Part shown: positions 55,051 to 64,000 of the stretch, piece after piece
Numbering within the stretch: the first letter of the stretch is position 1
Layout: each line of letters opens with the position of its first letter
Origin: a virus
Strand: one strand, 5' to 3'
IMG/VR virus record: IMGVR_UViG_3300007960_000015
Span: 1-64,000 of that record
DNA: 64,000 nucleotides
The notes under the pieces: generated by a model
The model's input: the letters and a program-made list of their open reading frames with translations, nothing else
What the model was told of the DNA's origin: nothing
Database searches by the model: none
Made by a program: the position numbers and the translations under genes

Positions 55051-56694
55051 ATGGCTAGCGCAGCAAGAATAGGGGATACAGTATCCGTACATGAATGTGG
55101 TGTAACCCCTACAGCAGCAACTGGTTCTCCAAATGTTTTTATTAATGGCATAGCTGCCCATAGAGTTGGGGATACAAATACTGCTCATCCATATGCTCCT
55201 GTTACCTGTCCAACGCATGAAACCGCGTTAACATCAGGTTCACCAAATGTATTTGTTAATGGACAACCATTAGGCAGAGTTGGTGATCCTTATTCCTGTG
55301 GAATAACTGTAACGTCAGGATCCCCTAATGTTCTTATAAACGAATCATACACACCAACTAAAACATCAGAACCTCTGATGAGGAGTTATACCGCATCTAA
55401 ACTTAATGTATTAGAGATGATAGCGGCTCTTACTATTTTCAATCAAGTAAAAGAACATAGTCAACTTACTAAAACACAAAGAAATGATGTTTTGGTAGGA
55501 GGTGTATTTAAAACTGTTAAAGAATATAATGATCAAATTGATGAAGTATTAAGTAGACAACCACAATACGCTAAAGATATACAATCATTTAGAGGTGCCC
55601 AAGGAGCTTATGTTAAAGGAAAGTGGATTCCATATGAGGAATTCATAACAAAATATAAAGATCAAATAGATAATTTTGGCAGATTAAATAGACAGAGGCG
55701 ATCTTTGCACGAAAAAATGTATGAATTTGATGCGACTACCAAAACATTAAAGCTTAAATCAGATATTGCATTAATACAAGCACAATATAGAACAATAAGC
55801 GATCTTATGATGGAAACTCAGAAGGTTATGATCGATAACATGCACCATCAAAACATTGCTGATGTATTATGGAAACATTCCTCTATTGTATTAGACAAGC
55901 CAATAATTATTGAAAGAATTCATAAGTTATATGACACATCTTTTGAAGATAATGCTAGTAAGCCTATAAAGAATGCTTCAACATATTCTGCCACAGTCGT
56001 GGATGCAAAGGATATTGAGGTGGGTAAAGAAAAAATGTTCTTTATTATACCAGCAGGCTCTAAGGTTATTCATACCGGAGGTTTATCTGATTTTGCTGAA
56101 ATACTAGTATCTGGTGATACTCTTAATGCTGCTAAAATTAAAATGAATGGTACAGTGTATGCCGCATTAAACACATTACAAGATGGTAAATTATTAGATT
56201 CTGAAACTATTAAAGAGATAAGAGACATATACGTTTCCAGAAATAATTCAGAGCCTCCGAAATGGTGGGCGGATTTAATGGATGATGTTGAAAATACTCC
56301 TAATAAATCATGGAGGCTTAATTTATTATTAGTAGTATTAACAGGTACTACGTCTTGGTTTAGTGATAACGAAGAATATTGGGATATTTGGAAGTCTAGT
56401 GATATGAAACAACTTAACAGTGCCTTAACCAAATATTATGGAGAGTCCACTTGGAATATGGCTCAATTTGGTAATACCGATATACCATTTCATGATAGAA
56501 TGGATAATCTAGCATTAGCTATGTTTGTACAAACAGTAGATGTTCTTTCTACGCTTCCATTTGCCGCATTTGGTGCTGCAGAAAAATATATTTGGGAAGA
56601 TAATATTGTTGAGGGCTGGATATATTTAATGGAAGGTTTAGGTGATTTAGAGGAAGCAATAGAAGATTTATTGACTCCTCCTGAGGGTTGGTAA
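55051..56694 (+). CDS. PAAR spike-tip protein (gp5.4-like) fused to ~450-aa C-terminal extension
   Basis: aa1-97: AARIGD..H..GSPNVFING.AAHRVGD...H..H..GSPNVFVNG.PLGRVGD..SCG..GSPNV; the frame continues to 547 aa. Confidence 0.85.
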   Translation: MASAARIGDTVSVHECGVTPTAATGSPNVFINGIAAHRVGDTNTAHPYAPVTCPTHETALTSGSPNVFVNGQPLGRVGDPYSCGITVTSGSPNVLINESYTPTKTSEPLMRSYTASKLNVLEMIAALTIFNQVKEHSQLTKTQRNDVLVGGVFKTVKEYNDQIDEVLSRQPQYAKDIQSFRGAQGAYVKGKWIPYEEFITKYKDQIDNFGRLNRQRRSLHEKMYEFDATTKTLKLKSDIALIQAQYRTISDLMMETQKVMIDNMHHQNIADVLWKHSSIVLDKPIIIERIHKLYDTSFEDNASKPIKNASTYSATVVDAKDIEVGKEKMFFIIPAGSKVIHTGGLSDFAEILVSGDTLNAAKIKMNGTVYAALNTLQDGKLLDSETIKEIRDIYVSRNNSEPPKWWADLMDDVENTPNKSWRLNLLLVVLTGTTSWFSDNEEYWDIWKSSDMKQLNSALTKYYGESTWNMAQFGNTDIPFHDRMDNLALAMFVQTVDVLSTLPFAAFGAAEKYIWEDNIVEGWIYLMEGLGDLEEAIEDLLTPPEGW

Positions 56695-56695
56695 T

Positions 56696-57436
56696 ATGAG
56701 CAATTGGTTTTTAGATTATTTTACATCAGCTGTTACTTCTCGTATTTTTCCTCCGAAGAAATTAAATGCTTGTAAGAAGAGCGATAACGCTTTAAAATAT
56801 TCTGGTCAATTATTTGGTAGATATACTAGATTCGCTATAATGCTTACTTACGATTCATTAATGAGAAGAAATAAATTAGTGGATGTTTCTTACGATGAAT
56901 TTGAATCTAATATGCTTTGGATGTTATCGGTTATTGTAGATGTAGAAAATGAACCTTGGGAATGGACATTAGCTAATAAGACATCAGGAGCTTATGGGTA
57001 TTTTCAAATATTAAATGTTGATTGGTTTCAAACCTCATTAAACAGAATGAATAATCAAATTGAAGCAGCTGCAAAATATAATAATAGAGATTGGTATATG
57101 CCAAAATTTGAATTTAAGTTACCTTTGGCTATGGAACAAATACAAAGAGATTTAGATGAGAAAAAGACAAAGGAATACATTATTGATGTTAGAAATCCAG
57201 ATTTAATTTCAGCGTTAGTAGTATCACATATAGCAGAAGCATCAGGGACAGATGAGGCATTAATAGGTCTTCAAACAAATCCTGTCGATTCAGCTAAAAT
57301 TGCTTATTATAGAGGTCATCATTTAGATGCTACGTTAATTAATAAATCTAATGCACAATTATTAAATGGTAAGGCTTTCTCTAGTAAAAATAAATCAGTT
57401 TACACCAATGTTGAATCAAAAATCAAATGCTTATAA
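56696..57436 (+). CDS. Lytic transglycosylase/lysozyme-like fold protein
   Basis: IVDVE...ANKTSGAYGYFQI resembles the SLT E...A.N..SGA.G..Q signature. Confidence 0.5.
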   Translation: MSNWFLDYFTSAVTSRIFPPKKLNACKKSDNALKYSGQLFGRYTRFAIMLTYDSLMRRNKLVDVSYDEFESNMLWMLSVIVDVENEPWEWTLANKTSGAYGYFQILNVDWFQTSLNRMNNQIEAAAKYNNRDWYMPKFEFKLPLAMEQIQRDLDEKKTKEYIIDVRNPDLISALVVSHIAEASGTDEALIGLQTNPVDSAKIAYYRGHHLDATLINKSNAQLLNGKAFSSKNKSVYTNVESKIKCL

Positions 57437-57439
57437 ATA
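57432..57439 (+). promoter_or_regulatory. T4-type late promoter box
   Basis: TATAAATA 25 nt upstream of gp13. Confidence 0.7.
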
Positions 57440-57463
57440 ACTGTATAAAATTAAGGAATTATT

Positions 57464-58204
57464 ATGGCTAAGGTAACCAGTAGAGCAGAATTGGCAGATC
57501 ATGCTTTAAGAGCATTGGGTGCACCTGTAATCGAAATTAATGTAGATCCAGATCAAGTAGAAGATAGAATTGATGATGCTATTCAATATTATCAAGAATA
57601 TCATACTGATGCTGTTATCAGGAACTATCGTAAACACCAGTTAACTGCCACAGATATTACTAACTCATATATTGATACCCCGGATTCTGTATTGACTGTT
57701 ATGCGTGTTTTAGACTTTGGCAATAGCAATATTAATTTGGAATTTAATGTAGAATATCAGATGAGACTTCATGACATTATGACTTGGGGTGCTTCTGGTA
57801 ATTTACAATTATATGATCAAAGAATGCAACATTTAAATCTGATTGATCATAGATTAAATTCAGCTGAATTATTAAGATTTAATAGGCATATGAATCGCCT
57901 TCATGTAGATCAGGGTTTTGGCGGTTTAGAAGCTGGAGATTATATTGTAATAGAAACTATAGAATCAATCGATCCGGAGCAATACAGTGACGTATATAAT
58001 GATATGTTTTTAAAGAGATACGTTACTGCCCTAATTAAAAGACAGTGGGGTGCTAACATGAGTAAGTTTGAAGGTATGCAATTACCTGGTGGAGTTACTA
58101 TGAATGGCCTTGAAATATATAATCAAGCAAATGAAGAAATTATGAGAATCGAAGAGGAAATGATTTTGAATTGGTCAGAGCCCGACACATTCCTCATGGG
58201 GTAA
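57464..58204 (+). CDS. gp13: Neck protein gp13
   Basis: LRALGAPVIEINV..DQVEDRID.A; LKRYVTALIKRQWG.N.SKFEGMQLPGGVTMNG. Confidence 0.95.
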   Translation: MAKVTSRAELADHALRALGAPVIEINVDPDQVEDRIDDAIQYYQEYHTDAVIRNYRKHQLTATDITNSYIDTPDSVLTVMRVLDFGNSNINLEFNVEYQMRLHDIMTWGASGNLQLYDQRMQHLNLIDHRLNSAELLRFNRHMNRLHVDQGFGGLEAGDYIVIETIESIDPEQYSDVYNDMFLKRYVTALIKRQWGANMSKFEGMQLPGGVTMNGLEIYNQANEEIMRIEEEMILNWSEPDTFLMG

Positions 58205-58207
58205 TAA

Positions 58208-59128
58208 ATGAAAAATGTTTACTTTTCTGGCAATGTAGTATCTGAACAAGATTTATATGAAGATTTAATTATTGAATCTATGCAAATCTATGGACAGGAT
58301 ATTGTCTATATTCCAAGACAAGAAATATCCTTGGATGAGATATTAAATGAATCTTATTCAAAATTCACCGATTCATACGTTGTTGAAATGTACATTGAAA
58401 ATGTGGATGGATTTGAAGGTGAAGGTGATCTTCTTACTAAATTTGGTTTAGAAATTAGAGATCAAGCCACATTTATTGTTGCCAAGAGAAGGTGGGAAAA
58501 ACAGGTAGGTGCTTATTTATCACCGGCAACAGGTAACTCTGATTCATTCAGACCTATGGAAGGTGATTTATTATATCTTCCAATGTCTAATTCAATATTT
58601 GAAATTAAGTTTGTTGAACATGAACAGCCTTTCTATCAGTTACAAAATCTTCCAGTATATAAATTACAAGCTGAATTATTTGAATATAATGATCAGCAAT
58701 TTGATACTGATATTCCTGGTATTGATAAGTTAGAAACTAATTATGCCACTTCATACACTTATATTATGGCAGCAGGTGCTGGTGATTATGAGATTGGTGA
58801 GACGGTTAGACAATGGACTGGAAATAATGATATAAATGGTGATCCAATTTATATTGAAGGTGAAGTTGCTGCTTGGGAAGATATGGGAGCATCCTCAGGT
58901 AATCTTACAGTTGTTTCATTAACTAGTGAAGGTAAATTTAGACAATTATATGTAGACGTTAATAATCCAGTTACAGGTACAGAATCTGGTGCTTCATATA
59001 ATGTATTAAGTTTGAAAACAGACGTAACAAATTTCAATAGAGATCCTTTAGCGGATAACGATGCTATTAATTTTGAAGCAGATGATATTATAGACTTTAC
59101 TGAAACAAATCCATTTGGAGAATTTTAA
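58208..59128 (+). CDS. gp14: Neck protein gp14
   Basis: EQDL.EDL..ES.QIYG.D..YIPR; KFGLEIRD; RP.EGDL.Y.P; FEIKFVEHE.PFYQL; DFTETNPFG. Confidence 0.95.
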   Translation: MKNVYFSGNVVSEQDLYEDLIIESMQIYGQDIVYIPRQEISLDEILNESYSKFTDSYVVEMYIENVDGFEGEGDLLTKFGLEIRDQATFIVAKRRWEKQVGAYLSPATGNSDSFRPMEGDLLYLPMSNSIFEIKFVEHEQPFYQLQNLPVYKLQAELFEYNDQQFDTDIPGIDKLETNYATSYTYIMAAGAGDYEIGETVRQWTGNNDINGDPIYIEGEVAAWEDMGASSGNLTVVSLTSEGKFRQLYVDVNNPVTGTESGASYNVLSLKTDVTNFNRDPLADNDAINFEADDIIDFTETNPFGEF

Positions 59129-59856
59129 TGTTTGGTGATCATTGGTATAACGAATCAACTAGAAGAATGGTATCTGTATTTGGATCTCTATTCTCTAATA
59201 TTTCAGTAAAGAAATATAATTCTGCTGGTGATGAATTGCAAACTACAAAAGTACCTTTGGCGTACGGACCTCGTCAAAAATTCTTAGCTAGGATGTCTGA
59301 TTTAACAGATACTAAAATGGCTATTAAATTGCCAAGGATGAGTTTTGAAATTGTTGATATGACTTACGATGGGGCGGCAAGAATTAATAAAACTAAAGTA
59401 TATGCTAAGGTAGATCCGAATGATCCTAAAAATAGAAAATCATTAGGAGCTCCAGCAGTATATAAAGTTGGTTTTGAATTAAATATTATGGCTAAGGCTC
59501 AAGATGAGGCTTTACAAATTCTAGAACAAATTCTTCCAGTATTTCAACCAGACTTTACCGTAACTATTAAAGATATTCCTGATTTAGATTTAACAAGTGA
59601 TGTACCGATTGTATTAACAGGTGTAACGTTAAATGATGAATATGAAGGTGACTTCTTATCGAGAAGAGCTGTAATATACACATTAACCTTTGAAACAAGA
59701 ATTAGATATTATAGAGGTATTCAAGATAGAGGTATTATTGAGAAGACCGAAGTATATTATTTAGATTCTGAATCCAGAGAAAATATTGAGGTACAGAAAG
59801 TAGACGGAACTACAGTACCATACACTGAAACTATTGACTTTTTTAATGAGCCGTAA
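59128..59856 (+). CDS. gp15: Tail sheath stabiliser/terminator gp15
   Basis: FGSLF; KVPLAYGP.QKFLAR; LPRMSFE; LQILEQILP.FQP. Confidence 0.95.
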   Translation: MFGDHWYNESTRRMVSVFGSLFSNISVKKYNSAGDELQTTKVPLAYGPRQKFLARMSDLTDTKMAIKLPRMSFEIVDMTYDGAARINKTKVYAKVDPNDPKNRKSLGAPAVYKVGFELNIMAKAQDEALQILEQILPVFQPDFTVTIKDIPDLDLTSDVPIVLTGVTLNDEYEGDFLSRRAVIYTLTFETRIRYYRGIQDRGIIEKTEVYYLDSESRENIEVQKVDGTTVPYTETIDFFNEP

Positions 59857-59858
59857 TT

Positions 59859-60203
59859 ATGAGTGATTTAGATGATGATTATAAAAATATAAGAAAGAAT
59901 TTATATGATTTAGCCGCACAAGGTGATGAGGCTATTCAATTAATGATGGAGTTAGCTAGGGAATCAGAACATCCCAGAGCATTTGAAGTTCTCGGTCAAC
60001 TAATAAAGCAAAATGCTGAAATTAGCGAGAAATTAATGAAGTTACAAAAACAAACCAAAGAAGTTAAAAATGTTGGAAGTCTATCTAATACTGGCGGCAA
60101 TGATTCTATCACTAATAATAATATCTTTGTAGGATCTACTACTGATTTACAAAGAATATTACGCGATGAAACAGTGATTGAACATGACGACAACCAGACC
60201 TGA
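59859..60203 (+). CDS. gp16: Terminase small subunit gp16
   Basis: DY..IR.NL; ESEHPRAFEV; NNNIFVGSTTDLQ. Confidence 0.92.
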   Translation: MSDLDDDYKNIRKNLYDLAAQGDEAIQLMMELARESEHPRAFEVLGQLIKQNAEISEKLMKLQKQTKEVKNVGSLSNTGGNDSITNNNIFVGSTTDLQRILRDETVIEHDDNQT

Positions 60204-61743
60204 ATCATATCTAGGGAACGCCCAAGTTAAGAGAGACGGTGTTTCACAGAATTGGACTAAAGAAGATATACTTGAATATAAGAAGTGTATGGAAGATCCT
60301 GTACACTTCGCAGAAACCTATTGTAAAGTAATATCTTTGGATGATGGTTTAGTTCCATTCAAATTATATCCTTATCAAAAAGAAATGTTTAAACATTTCA
60401 ATGATAATAGATTTTCTATTGTTCTTGCATGTAGACAATCCGGTAAGTCTATATCTACTGTGGCTTATCTTTTATGGTACGCAATATTTAAATCAGAACA
60501 GACTATTGCTGTATTAGCTAATAAAGGTTCTACAGCTAGAGAAATGTTAGCACGTATAACATTAATGTTAGAGAATCTTCCATTCTTCTTACAACCGGGT
60601 TGTAAGGCATTAAATAAAGGTTCGATAGAATTTTCAAATAATAGTCGTGTTGTTGCAGCTGCAACTTCTGGTTCTTCTATTCGTGGTATGTCTATTAACT
60701 TATTGTATCTCGATGAGTTTGCTTTCGTAGAAAATGCTACTGAATTTTATACTTCAACTTATCCTGTAATTTCAGCTGGTAAATCTACTAAAGTTATTAT
60801 TACTTCTACAGCAAATGGTTTAGGAAACATATATCATAAGTTATATGAAGGAGCTGTGCAAGGTACAAATGAATTTAAACCATTCAGAGTAGATTGGTGG
60901 GATGTCCCTGGTAGAGATGATGAATGGAAACGCATGACTATTGCTAATACTTCCGAATTACAATTCGATCAGGAATTCGGCAATAATTTCCAGGGTACTG
61001 GTAATACTTTAATTAATGCAGAAACATTATTAGCATTAAAGTCAGTAGAGCCTAATTCTATTCATAATAATGTTAGAATATATGAAGATCCAATAGAGGG
61101 CCATCATTATTTAATGTTTGTTGATGTATCCAAAGGTAGAGGACAAGATTATTCTACATTTAATATTATTGATGTTTCTGCAAAACCCTTTAAACAAGTA
61201 GCGGTATTTCAAGATAATATGATATCACCTTTATTATTTCCTGATGTTATATACAAATATGCAAGTTATTATAATGAAGGTTATGTAGTAATTGAATCTA
61301 ATGATCAAGGGGCAGTTGTTTGCAATGGTTTATATTATGACTTAGAATATGAGAATGTTTATGTAGAATCCATGGTAAAGGCTAATGCTATTGGTGTTAC
61401 TATGACAAGAAAGATTAAAAGAGTCGGTTGTGCCACGATTAAAGATATTTTAGAGCAGAATAAAGTAGAAATTGTAGATGGGAATACTATTCATGAAATG
61501 TCAACGTTTGTTGCTAGAGGTTCTAGTTATGAAGCTGAACCAGGTAATTATGATGATTTAATGATGAATCTAGTATTGTTTGGATGGTTTACTACAACAC
61601 CATTTTTTCAAGAAGCCACTGATGTTAATATGAAAAATATGTTATATGCTGAGAAAGCAAAACAAATTGAAGATGATTTAATACCTGTTGGTATTATGCC
61701 CGAATCTGAACAAGATGATGGCTGGGTAGTATGGGAAGGATAG
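60184..61743 (+). CDS. gp17: Terminase large subunit gp17
   Basis: Likely ATG 60184; YLGN; RQSGKS Walker A; YLDEFAF Walker B; TSTANG; DVSKGRGQDYS; DDLMM. Confidence 0.96.
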   Translation: MTTTRPESYLGNAQVKRDGVSQNWTKEDILEYKKCMEDPVHFAETYCKVISLDDGLVPFKLYPYQKEMFKHFNDNRFSIVLACRQSGKSISTVAYLLWYAIFKSEQTIAVLANKGSTAREMLARITLMLENLPFFLQPGCKALNKGSIEFSNNSRVVAAATSGSSIRGMSINLLYLDEFAFVENATEFYTSTYPVISAGKSTKVIITSTANGLGNIYHKLYEGAVQGTNEFKPFRVDWWDVPGRDDEWKRMTIANTSELQFDQEFGNNFQGTGNTLINAETLLALKSVEPNSIHNNVRIYEDPIEGHHYLMFVDVSKGRGQDYSTFNIIDVSAKPFKQVAVFQDNMISPLLFPDVIYKYASYYNEGYVVIESNDQGAVVCNGLYYDLEYENVYVESMVKANAIGVTMTRKIKRVGCATIKDILEQNKVEIVDGNTIHEMSTFVARGSSYEAEPGNYDDLMMNLVLFGWFTTTPFFQEATDVNMKNMLYAEKAKQIEDDLIPVGIMPESEQDDGWVVWEG

Positions 61744-61748
61744 GAATG

Positions 61749-61756
61749 TATAAATA
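61749..61756 (+). promoter_or_regulatory. T4-type late promoter box
   Basis: TATAAATA upstream of gp18. Confidence 0.75.
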
Positions 61757-61817
61757 AGTGTATTGAAATATACGTATTATGAATAACATATTAAATCTTG
61801 ATTTAGGAGAATAACAC

Positions 61818-63536
61818 ATGGCCTTTTTAGTTTCACCTGGTGTACAGGTAAAAGAAATTGACCTTACTAATGTTGTTCCGGCTGTATCATCTTCGATTGG
61901 TGCAATTGCAGGCTCATTTCAATGGGGTCCGGCAGATGTTATCCAGACGGTTGGTTCAGAAGAGCAATTAGTTTCGGTTTTTGGGAAGCCGAATGATGAC
62001 ACTTTTAGTACATTTTTAACAGCTTCTCAATTTTTAGCATATGCGAACACTTTAAGAGTAGTTCGTAAGGTTGGATCATCCGCACTAAATGCTGGTGACG
62101 GTGGTTCAGGTTCATTAATTAAAAACGATGACGACGCTCAGGTATATTCAGGCGTTGATAATCTAGTAGCAAAATATCCAGGCGTAATTGGTAACTCAAT
62201 TATCGTTGAAATTTGTCCTGCTGATTCAGGTGCCTTCGCGGGTTGGGCCAGTAAAGACAATTTTAACTCTGCTCCGGGTACTTCAGCACAAGCAGAAGCA
62301 TTTAACTGTTCAAATGACGAAATGCATATCGTAGTTGCTGACGCTAATGGTGTAATTACAGGTGCTGCAGGTACAATTCTTGAGACATATTCATATGTTT
62401 CTCAAGCTTCAGATGCGAAATCATCAGATGGTACTTCAAACTACTGGAAGAATGTAATTAACACACAATCTAATTGGATTCGTGTAACAACAGCATTCAC
62501 AAGTGAGTTTGCAGATTCTGGTACTGCATTTACGGCAATGGGTGGTACAACTGGTAACGTTGTGGCTTATAATACAGCTCCTGCATCAGCTGGTGCTGGT
62601 TCTACATCTGATACTACTTTATCTGGTGGTGTTTCCGACGATACTCTAACTGTTGGTTTGGTTACTGATGGTATGGATATGTTTGGCGATGCTGAAACAG
62701 TAGAGATTTCACTATTAATGAATGGTGCTGATCTTTCTGGTGCAGATCATATAACAGCTTGTAATAAGGCAATTGCAATTGCTGAAGGTCGTAAAGACAC
62801 TGTTGCATTTGTTTCACCTAATACTTCAGATAGTATTTCAAATCCAAATGCTGCTACTGATATTATTACATGGAGATCATCGTTAACTTCATCTTCATAC
62901 GCATTTGCTGATTCTTCAGCTTTGTATGTTTATGATAAGTACAACGATACTTACCGTTGGGTTCCTGCTTCAGGTTCAATGGCTGGTCTTGCTGCTAACG
63001 CAGATCTAGTTGCTGATGCTTGGTTTAGTCCAGCTGGTTTTACTCGTGGTAATATTAGAAATGTAACTAAATTGGCATTCAATCCTAAACAAGCAGAAAG
63101 AGACGATCTATATAAGAATGGTATTAATCCTCTGGTTTCATTCCCGGGTGCTGGTACTCTTTTATATGGTGATAAGACTCTACAATATAAAGCTTCTGCA
63201 TTTGATAGAATCAATGTTCGCAGATTGTTCATCGTTCTTGAGAAAGCTATTTCAAGAGCTTCTAAAGCGTCTTTATTTGAATTCAATGATGAGTTCACAA
63301 GAGCACAATTTAGAAATATGGTTGAGCCATTCTTAAGGGATGTTAAGGGTAGACGTGGTGTTACAGACTTTAAAGTAGTTTGTGATGACACTAATAATAC
63401 TGGTGATATTATCGATACTAATCGTTTTGTTGCTGATATTTACATCAAACCTGCACGTTCTATTAACTTTATAACATTAAACTTCATCGCTACTAGAACT
63501 GGTGTTGAGTTTAGTGAAATTGCAGGAGGTAACTAA
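61818..63536 (+). CDS. gp18: Tail sheath protein gp18
   Basis: SPGVQVKEIDLT; FQWGP; WFSPAGFTRG; FDRINVRRLF; FEFNDEFTR; IKPARSINFITLNF. Confidence 0.97.
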   Translation: MAFLVSPGVQVKEIDLTNVVPAVSSSIGAIAGSFQWGPADVIQTVGSEEQLVSVFGKPNDDTFSTFLTASQFLAYANTLRVVRKVGSSALNAGDGGSGSLIKNDDDAQVYSGVDNLVAKYPGVIGNSIIVEICPADSGAFAGWASKDNFNSAPGTSAQAEAFNCSNDEMHIVVADANGVITGAAGTILETYSYVSQASDAKSSDGTSNYWKNVINTQSNWIRVTTAFTSEFADSGTAFTAMGGTTGNVVAYNTAPASAGAGSTSDTTLSGGVSDDTLTVGLVTDGMDMFGDAETVEISLLMNGADLSGADHITACNKAIAIAEGRKDTVAFVSPNTSDSISNPNAATDIITWRSSLTSSSYAFADSSALYVYDKYNDTYRWVPASGSMAGLAANADLVADAWFSPAGFTRGNIRNVTKLAFNPKQAERDDLYKNGINPLVSFPGAGTLLYGDKTLQYKASAFDRINVRRLFIVLEKAISRASKASLFEFNDEFTRAQFRNMVEPFLRDVKGRRGVTDFKVVCDDTNNTGDIIDTNRFVADIYIKPARSINFITLNFIATRTGVEFSEIAGGN

Positions 63537-63537
63537 A

Positions 63538-64000
63538 ATGGCGATCCTAGGCGTAGATGATTTTAAAGCAAAACTAACTGGTGGTGGTGCTCGTTCTAAT
63601 TTATTTAAAGCGACATTAGGTTTCCCAGGTTATGTTACTGCTGACGTAGAGAAAGCTTCATTCATGATCAAAGCTGCTCAATTACCAGCTTCTATTATTG
63701 CACCTATCATGGTACCTTTCCGTGGTAGACAATTACAGATTGCTGGTGATAGAACATTTGAACCTTGGAATATTACAATTATCAATGATACTGATTTTGA
63801 TGTTCGTAATTCTTTCGAGGAGTGGATGAATGGTATTAACCAACACAATGCTAATACTGGTTTAACTAATCCGTCTGACTATATGGCAGATATGATTGTG
63901 GCACAACTGGATAAAGATGGCACTGACTTAAAGAGCTATAATATCCGTGGTTGTTTCCCTACGAACTTAGGTGCTATTGAAGTATCTTATGATCAAGAGA
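63538..64000 (+). CDS. gp19: Tail tube protein gp19 (runs off window end; not in ORF track)
   Basis: MAILGVDDFKAKLTGGGARSNLF...PFRGRQLQIAGDRTFEPW..TIIND.DF..R..FEEW.NGIN...QLDKDG. Confidence 0.93.
   Translation, partial: MAILGVDDFKAKLTGGGARSNLFKATLGFPGYVTADVEKASFMIKAAQLPASIIAPIMVPFRGRQLQIAGDRTFEPWNITIINDTDFDVRNSFEEWMNGINQHNANTGLTNPSDYMADMIVAQLDKDGTDLKSYNIRGCFPTNLGAIEVSYDQE

Noticed and set aside
62951-63391. 146-aa antisense ORF, and the other short antisense/alternate-frame ORFs in the track (e.g. 16322, 10256, 56070)
   Set aside because: Shadows of strongly conserved or codon-biased genes, with no motifs or RBS
1-64000. CRISPR array, tRNA/rRNA, introns, inteins, homing endonucleases, transposases
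   Set aside because: None recognised; intergenic gaps are mostly too short, and gp17/gp18 are uninterrupted and of normal length

Overview
AT-rich, densely coding segment of a T4-like (VrlC-type, marine-style) myovirus late/structural region. The left arm (1-21.5 kb) holds gp53 (5'-truncated), a gp27-like hub, a lysozyme-less gp5, gp25, gp6, gp7, gp8, VrlC/DUF4815 and several tail-fibre genes. The right arm (57.4-64 kb) holds gp13, gp14, gp15, gp16, gp17, gp18 and a partial gp19. TATAAATA late-promoter boxes precede many genes. Between the arms lies a ~31 kb enzyme island interleaved with fibre genes. It contains 10 radical SAM genes, 3 asparagine-synthetase-like PP-loop paralogues, nucleotide-sugar enzymes (UGD-like, 4,6-dehydratase, DegT aminotransferase, epimerase), an amidinotransferase, a kinase-like pair, GT-like proteins, two deacetylases, 2OG-Fe(II) oxygenase-like genes, a signal-less TRAP DctP, and TctA/TctC. 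The best candidate for a new system is two radical SAM/SPASM maturase-type genes coupled to a fibre-like protein whose (CxCxxx)4 array lies directly before an S74 autocleaving chaperone, suggesting RiPP-style modification of a virion fibre tip. Other highlights are a PAAR spike tip fused to a ~450 aa extension with ADP-ribosyltransferase-like motifs, followed by a lytic-transglycosylase-like gene, and an intergenic promoter/pseudoknot/terminator element at ~17.06-17.14 kb. All calls rest on motif recognition by eye; no database searches were run.
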